A DNA stretch of 64,000 nucleotides from an uncultured Gemmatimonadales bacterium (lineage in GTDB: Bacteria; Gemmatimonadota; Gemmatimonadetes; Palauibacterales; Palauibacteraceae), in assembly GCA_963783385.1 (NCBI GenBank), contig CAWANJ010000001.1:416001-480000 (forward strand). Direction: 5' to 3'. The notes under the pieces are model-generated. The model did not search any database. It worked only from the letters and a program-made list of their open reading frames with translations, and was not told the origin of the DNA. This document shows positions 54,361 to 62,160 of this stretch, in pieces. How positions within the stretch are numbered: position 1 is the stretch's first letter; the number at the start of each line of letters is the position of its first letter. Made by a program: the position numbers and the translations under genes.

Positions 54361-55277
54361 GGCCGGGACGGGGTCTGATCGGGCTGGACCGTGATGGCCG
54401 GGAAGCCGGCCCGCGCCACCCGGTCGCGGAGCGCGTCGGCCGATGCGGCGTCCGGCACCTTCTGGGTCCACACGCGGTACAGGCCGTCCCGGGCCGTCGT
54501 GTCCACGACCCGCACCTGGAAGCCGCCCCGGGCCGCCCTCTCCCGCAGCGTCTCGGCCGCCTCGCGCGTGCTGAACGCCCCGAGCTGCACCGTCCAGCGA
54601 CCGACCGCCGGACCGCCGCTCCCGGAGCCCTCCGCGGAGCGCGCTTCCGCCCCCCCGGGGCAGCGGGCCGAGGCACGGCGGGCCCGGGACGCCAGGGCCG
54701 TATCGGATTCCGCCTGGCGGACGGCACGTCCCCACGCCTGGCACGCCCGCGTCATGTCGCCCGACGCTGCCAGCGCGTCGCCCGTCCACGTCCAGGAGCG
54801 GTTCGCGAGCGAATCGCCCGGGAAGTCGGCCCGCAGGGTGGAGAGGTCGGCGAGGGCCCGGTCGTATTGCCCCCGGGCCAGGCGGAGCTGGGCGAGGCGG
54901 AGGCGCGCCGCGGCGGCCCAGGGCAGCACGCCCCCGATGGCCACCGTCGTGTACGCCAGGGTGGCCGAGTCCACGTCGGTGGCCAGGCGGCCGCGCAGGA
55001 AGTCCGCGTGGGCCCGGACGGCCGGGGTGACATCGTCGCCGCGGCTCTGGACCCAGCGCGCCAGCGCGCGACGAGCCCGCTCCGCGTGCCCGGAATCGGC
55101 CGCCGCCTCGATCGCCTCGAGGCTCGGGGAGGCTCCGGAGGCCTGGGCGGACACCGGCGTCAGGTGGACGCCGGTGCCCGCCAGAGCGAGAGCCAGCGCC
55201 AGCGCCGAAAGCCGCGCGCCCCGCACCGACCGGCCTGGCGCGCCGCCACCCGCGGGGCTCCGGCGGGGCTCCCTCAT
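54357..55277 (-). CDS. SPOR-domain exported protein with TPR-like helices
   Basis: Signal peptide, helical repeat region and C-terminal WTVQLGAFSTREAA...LYRVW. Confidence 0.82.
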   Translation of the reverse strand: MREPRRSPAGGGAPGRSVRGARLSALALALALAGTGVHLTPVSAQASGASPSLEAIEAAADSGHAERARRALARWVQSRGDDVTPAVRAHADFLRGRLATDVDSATLAYTTVAIGGVLPWAAAARLRLAQLRLARGQYDRALADLSTLRADFPGDSLANRSWTWTGDALAASGDMTRACQAWGRAVRQAESDTALASRARRASARCPGGAEARSAEGSGSGGPAVGRWTVQLGAFSTREAAETLRERAARGGFQVRVVDTTARDGLYRVWTQKVPDAASADALRDRVARAGFPAITVQPDQTPSRP

Positions 55278-56302
55278 CGGACCGATCCCGCTTCGCGGCG
55301 GAGGAGGCGGAGCGAGAGCAGGAGCTCCTCGAGCACCCGCCGGTCGGGAATCCCCGATTTGGCGTGACCGTCGGCCCGGCGCATGAGTCCGATGGCACGC
55401 TCCAGCTCGGGGGGCGTCCAGCGCCGCGCCTGTCCCGCGTAGATGCGAGCCTTCCAGCTCAGGTAGGGCTTGCCGGCTTCCTTGAGTGCGCGGGCCACGG
55501 CCCCCTGTCCGCCCTCCAGCGCCACCCCCAGGTACAGGTGCTGATCGACCATGCCGATGAGGAGGCCGACCGCCGATTCGGAGGGCTCCGACAGGAGCCT
55601 GGGCAGATCCTCCAGCGCTCCACCGTAGTCCCGCTCGGCCACGTGGTCGAGCCAGTTCCAGCGGCCCACCGCACGGACATTGGGGACCAGCCGGCGCACG
55701 GCGTCGGCGTCCACCACGCCGTCGATCGCAGCGGAAGCCAGCTTGATGAGCTCCGCGTCGAGCTGGTCCGCCTCCGCGCCGACGGCCGTGGCGAGCAACT
55801 GGGCGCCCTCCTCTTCCAGGTCGTAGCCATGGACGGTTCGGGCCCGTTCCATGAGCCAGCCGGGGAGCTCGGCTTCGCGCGGCACGCTCCAGCCGAGCGC
55901 CCGTGCCCCCTGCTCCAGCTTCTTGTAGTACGCCGCCTTCGAGCCCGAGGGCACCGTCGCGGTGACCACCACGGTGAGGCCGGGCGGCGGGGCCTCTACC
56001 GCGGCCACGAGCACATCCCTGGCCTTGCGCCCCAGGTGCTGCGCCCCGAACACCGCCACGACCCGTCTCTCCGCCATCATGGGAGGCATGGCCAGCGCGG
56101 ACGCGAGCTCATCGGGGCCGGCGACGTCACCGTGGAAGATGTCGAGGTTGAAGTCGCGCGTGGCAGGATCGAGGGCGGCGTCGATCAGCCGCCTGGCGCC
56201 CTCGTCGCGTAGCCGCTCGGCCTCTCCGTGGAAGTAGAAGGCGCCGTCGAGCGGACCGCGCTCGAGGAGACGCTCAAGGTCCCGCTCGGCCGTGAGCGTC
56301 AC
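55274..56302 (-). CDS. holA: DNA polymerase III delta subunit
   Basis: YFHGE, DFNLDIFHG, PMMAERRVV, ELIKL and AD..AKSG motifs. Confidence 0.88.
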   Translation of the reverse strand: MTLTAERDLERLLERGPLDGAFYFHGEAERLRDEGARRLIDAALDPATRDFNLDIFHGDVAGPDELASALAMPPMMAERRVVAVFGAQHLGRKARDVLVAAVEAPPPGLTVVVTATVPSGSKAAYYKKLEQGARALGWSVPREAELPGWLMERARTVHGYDLEEEGAQLLATAVGAEADQLDAELIKLASAAIDGVVDADAVRRLVPNVRAVGRWNWLDHVAERDYGGALEDLPRLLSEPSESAVGLLIGMVDQHLYLGVALEGGQGAVARALKEAGKPYLSWKARIYAGQARRWTPPELERAIGLMRRADGHAKSGIPDRRVLEELLLSLRLLRREAGSVR

Positions 56303-56313
56303 GCTTCGGGGGG

Positions 56314-56946
56314 TCAGCGGGCGAAGGCCGCCCTCTGCTCCATGGCCGCCAGGAAGGATGGCCCGCCGCTGAGCCCGGCGCCGGCCGATGCGAAGAAGTC
56401 GCCGTCCAGCGCATCGATGCCCCGGCCCCAGTGCAGCGGCGAGGAGGACAGGAACGGACCGCGGCCGAAGAACAGAGAAGCGGAGGAAGCACCGGGCAAA
56501 TGGAAGCGCCCGTTCAGGAGGCTCATGCGACCGGCGTTCTCCGGCGGCCGTGCCTCCCCGGCCCGCGGCGCGCGCGCCGCCACCGCCGGGAGCTCGACCT
56601 CGACCGGCACGCTGGTGGCGAACGGCAGCCACGCGAAGGCGAGAAGCCCGACCGCGGCCACGGCCACGAGGGCCGCGCTGCCGCCCGGGCGCACCGAGCT
56701 CATGGGGATGCCGTCTTCGAGATGGTAGATCCGGTGGCGCAGACGGGGCAGGAAATCGGGGGAGCCAGCGACATCGGGGAGCTCACGGCACAGGGCCAGG
56801 CCGCGCTGCATGACCCGGTCGTACCGCGCACATCGCTCGCAGTCCGCGATGTGTCGCCCGAACGCCTGCCCGCGGGCCGTGCCGACCAGCCCGTCGAGGT
56901 AGTCCGAATAACTTTCGAGAAATTCCTCGCATTCCATCGCCGTCAT
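56314..56946 (-). CDS. Zinc-finger (zf-HC2) membrane anti-sigma factor
   Basis: MECEEF...SDYLDG...HIADCERC (HxxxCxxC), then one TM helix; follows the ECF sigma gene. Confidence 0.88.
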   Translation of the reverse strand: MTAMECEEFLESYSDYLDGLVGTARGQAFGRHIADCERCARYDRVMQRGLALCRELPDVAGSPDFLPRLRHRIYHLEDGIPMSSVRPGGSAALVAVAAVGLLAFAWLPFATSVPVEVELPAVAARAPRAGEARPPENAGRMSLLNGRFHLPGASSASLFFGRGPFLSSSPLHWGRGIDALDGDFFASAGAGLSGGPSFLAAMEQRAAFAR

Positions 56947-57071
56947 CCTTCTCGCCTGCGACGGATCACGTCCGTCCCGAGCTCCGCCGGCGCACCGTCG
57001 TTTCGCCGTAGCGGGGTCGAAGCGACCCGGGGCGTCCGACCGGCACCAGCCCCTTCATTGACCGGCGTATC

Positions 57072-57097
57072 ATACTCGGACCGTCACGGCGGGTTCC
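57072..57097 (-). promoter_or_regulatory. Putative internal promoter for the anti-sigma gene (GGAAC-N17-GTAT, overlapping TATGAT)
   Basis: Minus strand reads GGAAC ccgccgtgacggtccga GTATGAT. Confidence 0.45.
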
Positions 57098-57148
57098 GCG
57101 TTCGGCACCGAGGTTCGAGCGCGTCACGGCGCGCGCCACGTACGGACC

Positions 57149-57217
57149 CGGATGCGCGAAGGGGGAGGGCGATTCCTCGCCCTCCCCCTTCCGCTTCGCG
57201 TACGACCGGCGCATCCG
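57149..57217 (-). terminator. Strong stem-loop between the sigma and anti-sigma genes
   Basis: 15-bp perfect stem GAAGGGGGAGGGCGA/TCGCCCTCCCCCTTC (57158-57191) with a GGAA loop on the minus strand; outer arms CGGATGCGC/GCGCATCCG. Confidence 0.55.
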
Positions 57218-57250
57218 CTCGCCCACGACACGTTTCCGGCTCCGAAGAAG

Positions 57251-57889
57251 CTACTCGAGCATGGGCGCAATGATCTGCGCGAACTTGTTCCGGGCACGGT
57301 TGAGGCGCGACTTCACGGTGCCCAGGGTGACGCCGGTGATCTCCGAGATCTCCTCGTACGTCTTCCCCTCCATCTCCCGCAGCACGAACACCACGCGGTG
57401 ATGCTCGGGGAGCTGGGCGACCGCCTCTTCGACCTTCTCCCGAAGATGCCGCTTCCGGAACAGGTCGTCCGGCGAGTAGGAGCTGTCCTCCCACTGCAGC
57501 GGACGGTGGTCCGCGTCCCAGTTCTTCTTGATGGCCTGGAACAGCACCATCGGGTTGCGGGAGCGGTTCCTGAGCTCGTTCTTCGCCAGGTTGCTGGCGA
57601 TCGTGTAGATCCAGGTCGAGAACTTCTTCGTCGGGTCGAACCGGTGGAGATGCCGGTACACCCGCACGAACGTCTCCTGGACCAGGTCCTCGGAGCGGTC
57701 CCGGTCGCCGATGGTCCGGTAGATGAAATTGAGCAGGCGGTCATGGTAGCGGTCCGCCAGCTCCTGGAAGGCGTGATGCTGCCCCTCGAGGTACTTCTCG
57801 ACGAGCTGCGCATCCTCGAGCTCCCTGAGTTCGCGCCTCGGCTGGAGCTCCACGCCCCGCCGTCTGCGTACCTCGACCCGGTCGGCCAT
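57251..57889 (-). CDS. ECF-family RNA polymerase sigma factor (RpoE/SigW-like)
   Basis: EDLVQETFVRVY, FSTWIYTIASN, LPEHHRVVFVLRE, YEEISEI and GTVKSRLNRAR. Confidence 0.95.
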   Translation of the reverse strand: MADRVEVRRRRGVELQPRRELRELEDAQLVEKYLEGQHHAFQELADRYHDRLLNFIYRTIGDRDRSEDLVQETFVRVYRHLHRFDPTKKFSTWIYTIASNLAKNELRNRSRNPMVLFQAIKKNWDADHRPLQWEDSSYSPDDLFRKRHLREKVEEAVAQLPEHHRVVFVLREMEGKTYEEISEITGVTLGTVKSRLNRARNKFAQIIAPMLE

Positions 57890-57996
57890 TTTTATCCTGC
57901 CCCCTTCGGGACGGTCCCGCGCGCCCCGTTCTTGGTGCCCGTGCTTCCTCGTCCTCCGGTGGCGCCCGTCGCGGCCGTCCTCACCCAACCGGAAGA

Positions 57997-58013
57997 CGCA
58001 ACAACGCTGCCAA
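57997..58013 (-). promoter_or_regulatory. Putative sigma54 (-24/-12) promoter upstream of the ECF sigma gene
   Basis: Minus strand TTGGCAGCGTTGTTGCG has GG-N10-GC with TGGCA and TTGC cores. Confidence 0.6.
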
Positions 58014-58016
58014 TCG

Positions 58017-58619
58017 TCACTCTTCCAACAACCTCGCGACCAGCAGGAGCGAGGCTACCGCGGTGCCGTTCGTGATCGCGCCCTCGTCGATCATGGCGAG
58101 GGCGCGCGACAGGGTCACCACGTGCGGCTCCAACTGCTCCCCCGGCTCCGGATCGGGGTCCGTGCGCCGCAGGTCGGTCGCCAGGAACAGCTCGACCTTC
58201 TCGTCGCAGAAGCCCGGGCTCGTGTGGATCGCCGCGAGCCGCGTCCACCGCCCGGCCAGGAGTCCCGCCTCCTCGCGCAGCTCCCGCCGCGCACACGTCT
58301 CGGGCGATTCCCCGGGCTCCAGGATTCCGGCCGGAACCTCCCAGAGGACGCTGCCCACCGCATGCCTGTATTGCCGTAACAGGTGCACGCGAGGCGTGGT
58401 TCCCGGGTCCTCGACCGGCACGACGGCTGCCGCGCCGGGATGGTGGACCACCTCCCGCTCGGCCTCGCCACCGTCCGGGAGACGCACCCGATCCACACAT
58501 AGATGAAGGAGCCGCCCTTTGAACAGCTGGCGACTCCCGATCCTGCGCTCCGGCCTCAACCCCACCCGGTCATCCTCGTCACCGGCAAGCACGGTAACCG
58601 AAAAAGTCCCGAAAGTCAA
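58017..58619 (-). CDS. NUDIX hydrolase (ADP-ribose pyrophosphatase-like)
   Basis: REVVHHPGAAAV, RQYRH, EVPAGILEPGE...ARRELREEAG and SPGFCDE. Confidence 0.92.
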   Translation of the reverse strand: MTFGTFSVTVLAGDEDDRVGLRPERRIGSRQLFKGRLLHLCVDRVRLPDGGEAEREVVHHPGAAAVVPVEDPGTTPRVHLLRQYRHAVGSVLWEVPAGILEPGESPETCARRELREEAGLLAGRWTRLAAIHTSPGFCDEKVELFLATDLRRTDPDPEPGEQLEPHVVTLSRALAMIDEGAITNGTAVASLLLVARLLEE

Positions 58620-60019
58620 GCCCGGCCTGGGCCGGCCCGCACGTCGACCTCGCCGAAGCGCGATTCCAGGTCTCCCTCGAGGTCTCCCGCAGCCCCGACG
58701 ATCACCCGTGCCATTGTGGCAGGATCGAGGTGCGCGCGCAGCGCCTCGAGCACCCCGGACGGGCTGACGCCTTCGATCCGGGCCCGGTAGCGCGCCCAGT
58801 AGTCATCCGGCAGATCGTACACGACCTGTGTCACCAGCTTGGAGCTGACCTGGCTCGGGGTCTCGAACTGACGCGGGAGCGACAGGACAAGGGAGTTCCG
58901 GGCCAGCTCCATCTCGTCCTCGCCGGGCGCCTCCTCGAGCAGCTGCACCGTCTCCCGGAGGAATTCGGACAGGGCCTCCGCCGCCACGCCGGTCTCCACG
59001 GCCGTCTGGCCGACGAACGGGCCCGCCTCGCGACGGAAGTGGAAGCTGGTGCGCGCCCCGTAGGTCCAGCCCCTCTCCTCCCGGAGGTTCATGTTCACGC
59101 GTGAGTTGAACAGGCCGCCGAGGATCGCGTTGCCGATCAGGAGCTCGAAGAAGGCCGCGTCACCGTAGGCGGCGCCGACCGTCCCCAGGCGGATCTCGGC
59201 CTGGGCGCTCGACGGCCGATCGACGAGCAGCACCGAACCGGGAACGGGGGCGCCAATGGTCCCGGACGCGCCGCTCGAAGGGGACGCCTCGCCGCCCGTC
59301 CAGTCCCCGAAGCGCGCTTCCACCGCATCTCGCAGGGCAGCGGCGTCCACCGCCCCGCACGCCACCAGCGCCGCACCGGACGGCCCGTACCGCCGCTGGT
59401 GGAAAGCCGTCACCTGCTCGCGCCCCAACCTCTCCACCATGGGCCGGCCCCCCGCCGCCGGCGTCCCGTAGCAATGTCCGCCGTAGACGGCATGGATGAG
59501 CGCGTTGTCGGCCACCACCTCGGGTCGATCCAGATCGCGGTCGATCTCGTCCAGTCGCTCCCCGCGCACCCGCTCCACTTCGGCCAGCTCGAAGGAAGGG
59601 TGTCGGGCCACGGCCGCCAGGAAGTCCAGGGCCCCCTCGAGCACGTCGCTTAGCGTGTGCAGGCTGAGGATCGATACATCGTAGCCGGCCGATACCGAGA
59701 AGCCGGCGCCCAGCCGATCGAGCCAGCTGGCCACCTCGCCGGCGCTCCGTCCCGCCGCGCCCTCCGTCAGCAGACGGCCCGTGAGCTCGGCGACCCCCTC
59801 CTGGCCCTTCGGCTCCACGGTGGCACCCGCCTCGAGCACCAGCCGCAGGGACACCTCCGGGAGCTGGTGGTCCTCGGCCACGATGAGTCGCAGACCGTTG
59901 GCGAGCTCGAACCGCCGCAGCTCGGGCAGCGTGAGGCGACGGAGGGGCCCGGCCGCTGGCGCGCGCGAGCGGTGGACCGGCCCCGCCGATGCGTCCGGAG
60001 CGCCCGCCTCGCCGCTCAC
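58616..60019 (-). CDS. M16 peptidase family, non-catalytic subunit
   Basis: LANGLRL, no HxxEH, and NAILGGLFNSRVNMNLREERGWTYG. Confidence 0.88.
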   Translation of the reverse strand: MSGEAGAPDASAGPVHRSRAPAAGPLRRLTLPELRRFELANGLRLIVAEDHQLPEVSLRLVLEAGATVEPKGQEGVAELTGRLLTEGAAGRSAGEVASWLDRLGAGFSVSAGYDVSILSLHTLSDVLEGALDFLAAVARHPSFELAEVERVRGERLDEIDRDLDRPEVVADNALIHAVYGGHCYGTPAAGGRPMVERLGREQVTAFHQRRYGPSGAALVACGAVDAAALRDAVEARFGDWTGGEASPSSGASGTIGAPVPGSVLLVDRPSSAQAEIRLGTVGAAYGDAAFFELLIGNAILGGLFNSRVNMNLREERGWTYGARTSFHFRREAGPFVGQTAVETGVAAEALSEFLRETVQLLEEAPGEDEMELARNSLVLSLPRQFETPSQVSSKLVTQVVYDLPDDYWARYRARIEGVSPSGVLEALRAHLDPATMARVIVGAAGDLEGDLESRFGEVDVRAGPGRA

Positions 60020-61314
60020 GCGGCCCGCCCTTCGGCGTCGGCGCCGCGGGGCACCACGTGCAGGACCGTTCGACGCGATGGCCGCAGCACGTTCGCGGCC
60101 ACTCGGGCGACCTCGTCCGCGGTCACCGCCTCGTAGCGATCGAACGCCCGGTTCACGTACTCCGGGTCGTCCCGGAGGATGACCGCGTCGGCGAACGCGT
60201 CGGCCCGGTCCCCCACGCTGTTCAGGCGGCCCACCAGGGACCTTCGGGCCCGGTTCCGGGCGCCGGTCAGCTCGTCCTCGGACGCGCCGGCCTCGCGCAC
60301 CGGTCCGAGCACGTCGAGCACCTCCGCCTCGAGGTCGGAGGCGGCGACTCCGGGCCGGGCCGTGGCGACCACGATCAGCATCCCGACGCTCTCGAGCGGC
60401 CACGTGAAGCACTGGACCTCGGCCGCCACCTGCCTCTCGTAGACGAGCTTGCGGTGCAGCCGCGAGCTCTTTCCCTCGGCCAGCACCCCGGTCAGCACAT
60501 CGGAGGCCTCGAAGTCGGCGTCGTTGAACGAAGGCGCGTGGAACAGCATGTACACGCGCGGGACCTGCACGGCGTCTCCCAGAACGGCGCGGCGCTCCCC
60601 GCGCTCGTCCCCCACGCTGGGCACCGCGGGGGGCGCCGGAACCGACCGCGAGGGGAACTCCCCGAAGTAGGCCCGCGCCCGGTCCAGCGCCTCGTGGGGA
60701 TCGATGTCGCCGGCCAGAACGAGGACGGCGTTGTTCGGCGCGTAATAGGAACGGAAGAAGTCGTGAACGTCCTCGAGGCTCGCCGCGTCGAGGTCGTCCA
60801 TGTACCCGATCGTCGGGTGTCTGTACGGGTGCCCCCCCGGGTAGGCGTGCTCCAGCAGCGTCTCGAACGCCAGGCCGTAGGGCCGATTCTCGTAGGACTG
60901 GCGTCGCTCGTTCTTCACGACGCCGCGCTGGTTGTCCAGCTTCTCCTGCGTGATGGCCTCGTCGAAGAAGCCCATCCGGTCCGACTCCAGCCACAGGGCC
61001 AGGTCGAGCTCGTTGGAAGGGAGCACCTCGAAGTAGTTGGTCCGGTCGAACCAGGTGGATCCGTTGAGGGTCCCACCGGCCCGCTGGATGAGCCGAAAGT
61101 GCTCGCCCTTGGGGATGTGCCCCGATCCCTGGAAGAGAAGGTGCTCGAACAGGTGCGCGAAGCCAGTGCGGCCCGGACGCTCGTTCTTGGAGCCGACGTG
61201 GTACATGAGGTGCACGGCCACGACGGGCGTCGAGCGGTCCTGGTGGAGGATCACCCGGAGCCCGTTGTCGAGGACGCGCTCCTCGAAATCGAAGCGGACG
61301 CTGTCGGAGTGCAC
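60016..61314 (-). CDS. M16 (pitrilysin-like) zinc peptidase, catalytic subunit
   Basis: LDNGLRV, YHVGSKNE, GFAHLFEHLLF (HxxEH), NGSTWFDRTNY and YYAPNNA. Confidence 0.93.
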   Translation of the reverse strand: MHSDSVRFDFEERVLDNGLRVILHQDRSTPVVAVHLMYHVGSKNERPGRTGFAHLFEHLLFQGSGHIPKGEHFRLIQRAGGTLNGSTWFDRTNYFEVLPSNELDLALWLESDRMGFFDEAITQEKLDNQRGVVKNERRQSYENRPYGLAFETLLEHAYPGGHPYRHPTIGYMDDLDAASLEDVHDFFRSYYAPNNAVLVLAGDIDPHEALDRARAYFGEFPSRSVPAPPAVPSVGDERGERRAVLGDAVQVPRVYMLFHAPSFNDADFEASDVLTGVLAEGKSSRLHRKLVYERQVAAEVQCFTWPLESVGMLIVVATARPGVAASDLEAEVLDVLGPVREAGASEDELTGARNRARRSLVGRLNSVGDRADAFADAVILRDDPEYVNRAFDRYEAVTADEVARVAANVLRPSRRTVLHVVPRGADAEGRAA

Positions 61315-61396
61315 GGCTCGTCGCTCTCCCTGGCGGATGGCAACCCGGGCCCGACCGCCGGTCGATCGGTCCGCGGCGGGCGCGTGCCCGGCCGCG

Positions 61397-61425
61397 AAGG
61401 TACCCGGCGCGACTCCCCCGCTCAA
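61397..61425 (-). promoter_or_regulatory. Putative sigma70 promoter TTGAGC-N17-TACCTT for the M16 operon
   Basis: Minus strand reads TTGAGC gggggagtcgcgccggg TACCTT. Confidence 0.5.
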
Positions 61426-61461
61426 CCCGCCCCGGGACGACCGACCGGCGATCCGGACGAA

Positions 61462-61507
61462 CGACGGCCGGCCCGCGACCCCTGTCGGGGTGCGAGACCG
61501 GCCGTCG
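61462..61507 (-). terminator. Long stem-loop directly 3' of rnpB
   Basis: CGACGGCCGG...ACCCC-tgtc-GGGGT...CCGGCCGTCG. Confidence 0.45.
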
Positions 61508-61919
61508 ATGGAGGGAGGTAAGCCGGGTTCTGTGCCGGACCCGAAGGTCCGGGGGGTCATCTGTCTGGGCCGCCGGTCTCCCGGTGGCTCGTGCGGCCTA
61601 CCCGGGGCTCGATGCGGCGGGTCGCCGCTCGCCCCTGCTCGGCCTTGCTCCTGGTGGGGTTTGTCGTGCCGCGGCCGTCACCGGCGCGCGCGGTGGGCTC
61701 TTACCCCACCGTTTCACCCTTGCCTGTGCGACGGTCGGAGCCTTGGGCCCGAGCGCGCCGCCATCGGCGGTCTGTTCTCTGTGACACTGTCCGTCGCCTC
61801 TCGACGCCCGGGATTTCCCCGGCACCGTACCCTGTGGAGCCCGGACTTTCCTCGAGCCGCACCGCGCGGACCACGCCATGCGTGGTGCCCGGCCGGCCCG
61901 CGACCCCATCTCCCTCCGT
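61508..61919 (-). ncRNA. rnpB: RNase P RNA, bacterial type A
   Basis: Minus strand has GAGGAAAGTCCGGGCTC, AGGGTGAAACGGTGGGGTAAGAGCCCACCG, GGAGCAAGGCC and ACAGAACCCGGCTTA. P1 arms GGAGGGAG/CTCCCTCC; -10 TAAGAT at 61923-61928. Ends approximate. Confidence 0.96.
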
Positions 61920-62160
61920 CCTATCTTACCGCGCAGGGCCGCCGGAGTTTCCGACGTGCTCCGCCGCGCGTCTTCTGGGCACGGGCCATGCACGGACTCG
62001 GGACCACCCGACCTACCGGAGCGCGGCAGCGCGCTGTATTTTGGTGAGCACGTTTTCGGGCGACGTCGCATCGGGTCCCGGCCGTGCAGCACGGCTTTAC
62101 CCTGCGCCGCCGCGCGTGGAGTCGTACACCGGGCCACGGAGGTGGCGAGCCGAGCCTTCC

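Noticed and set aside
58616-61314. Active plus inactive M16 peptidase pair as a novelty
   Set aside because: This is the well-known M16B heterodimer arrangement.
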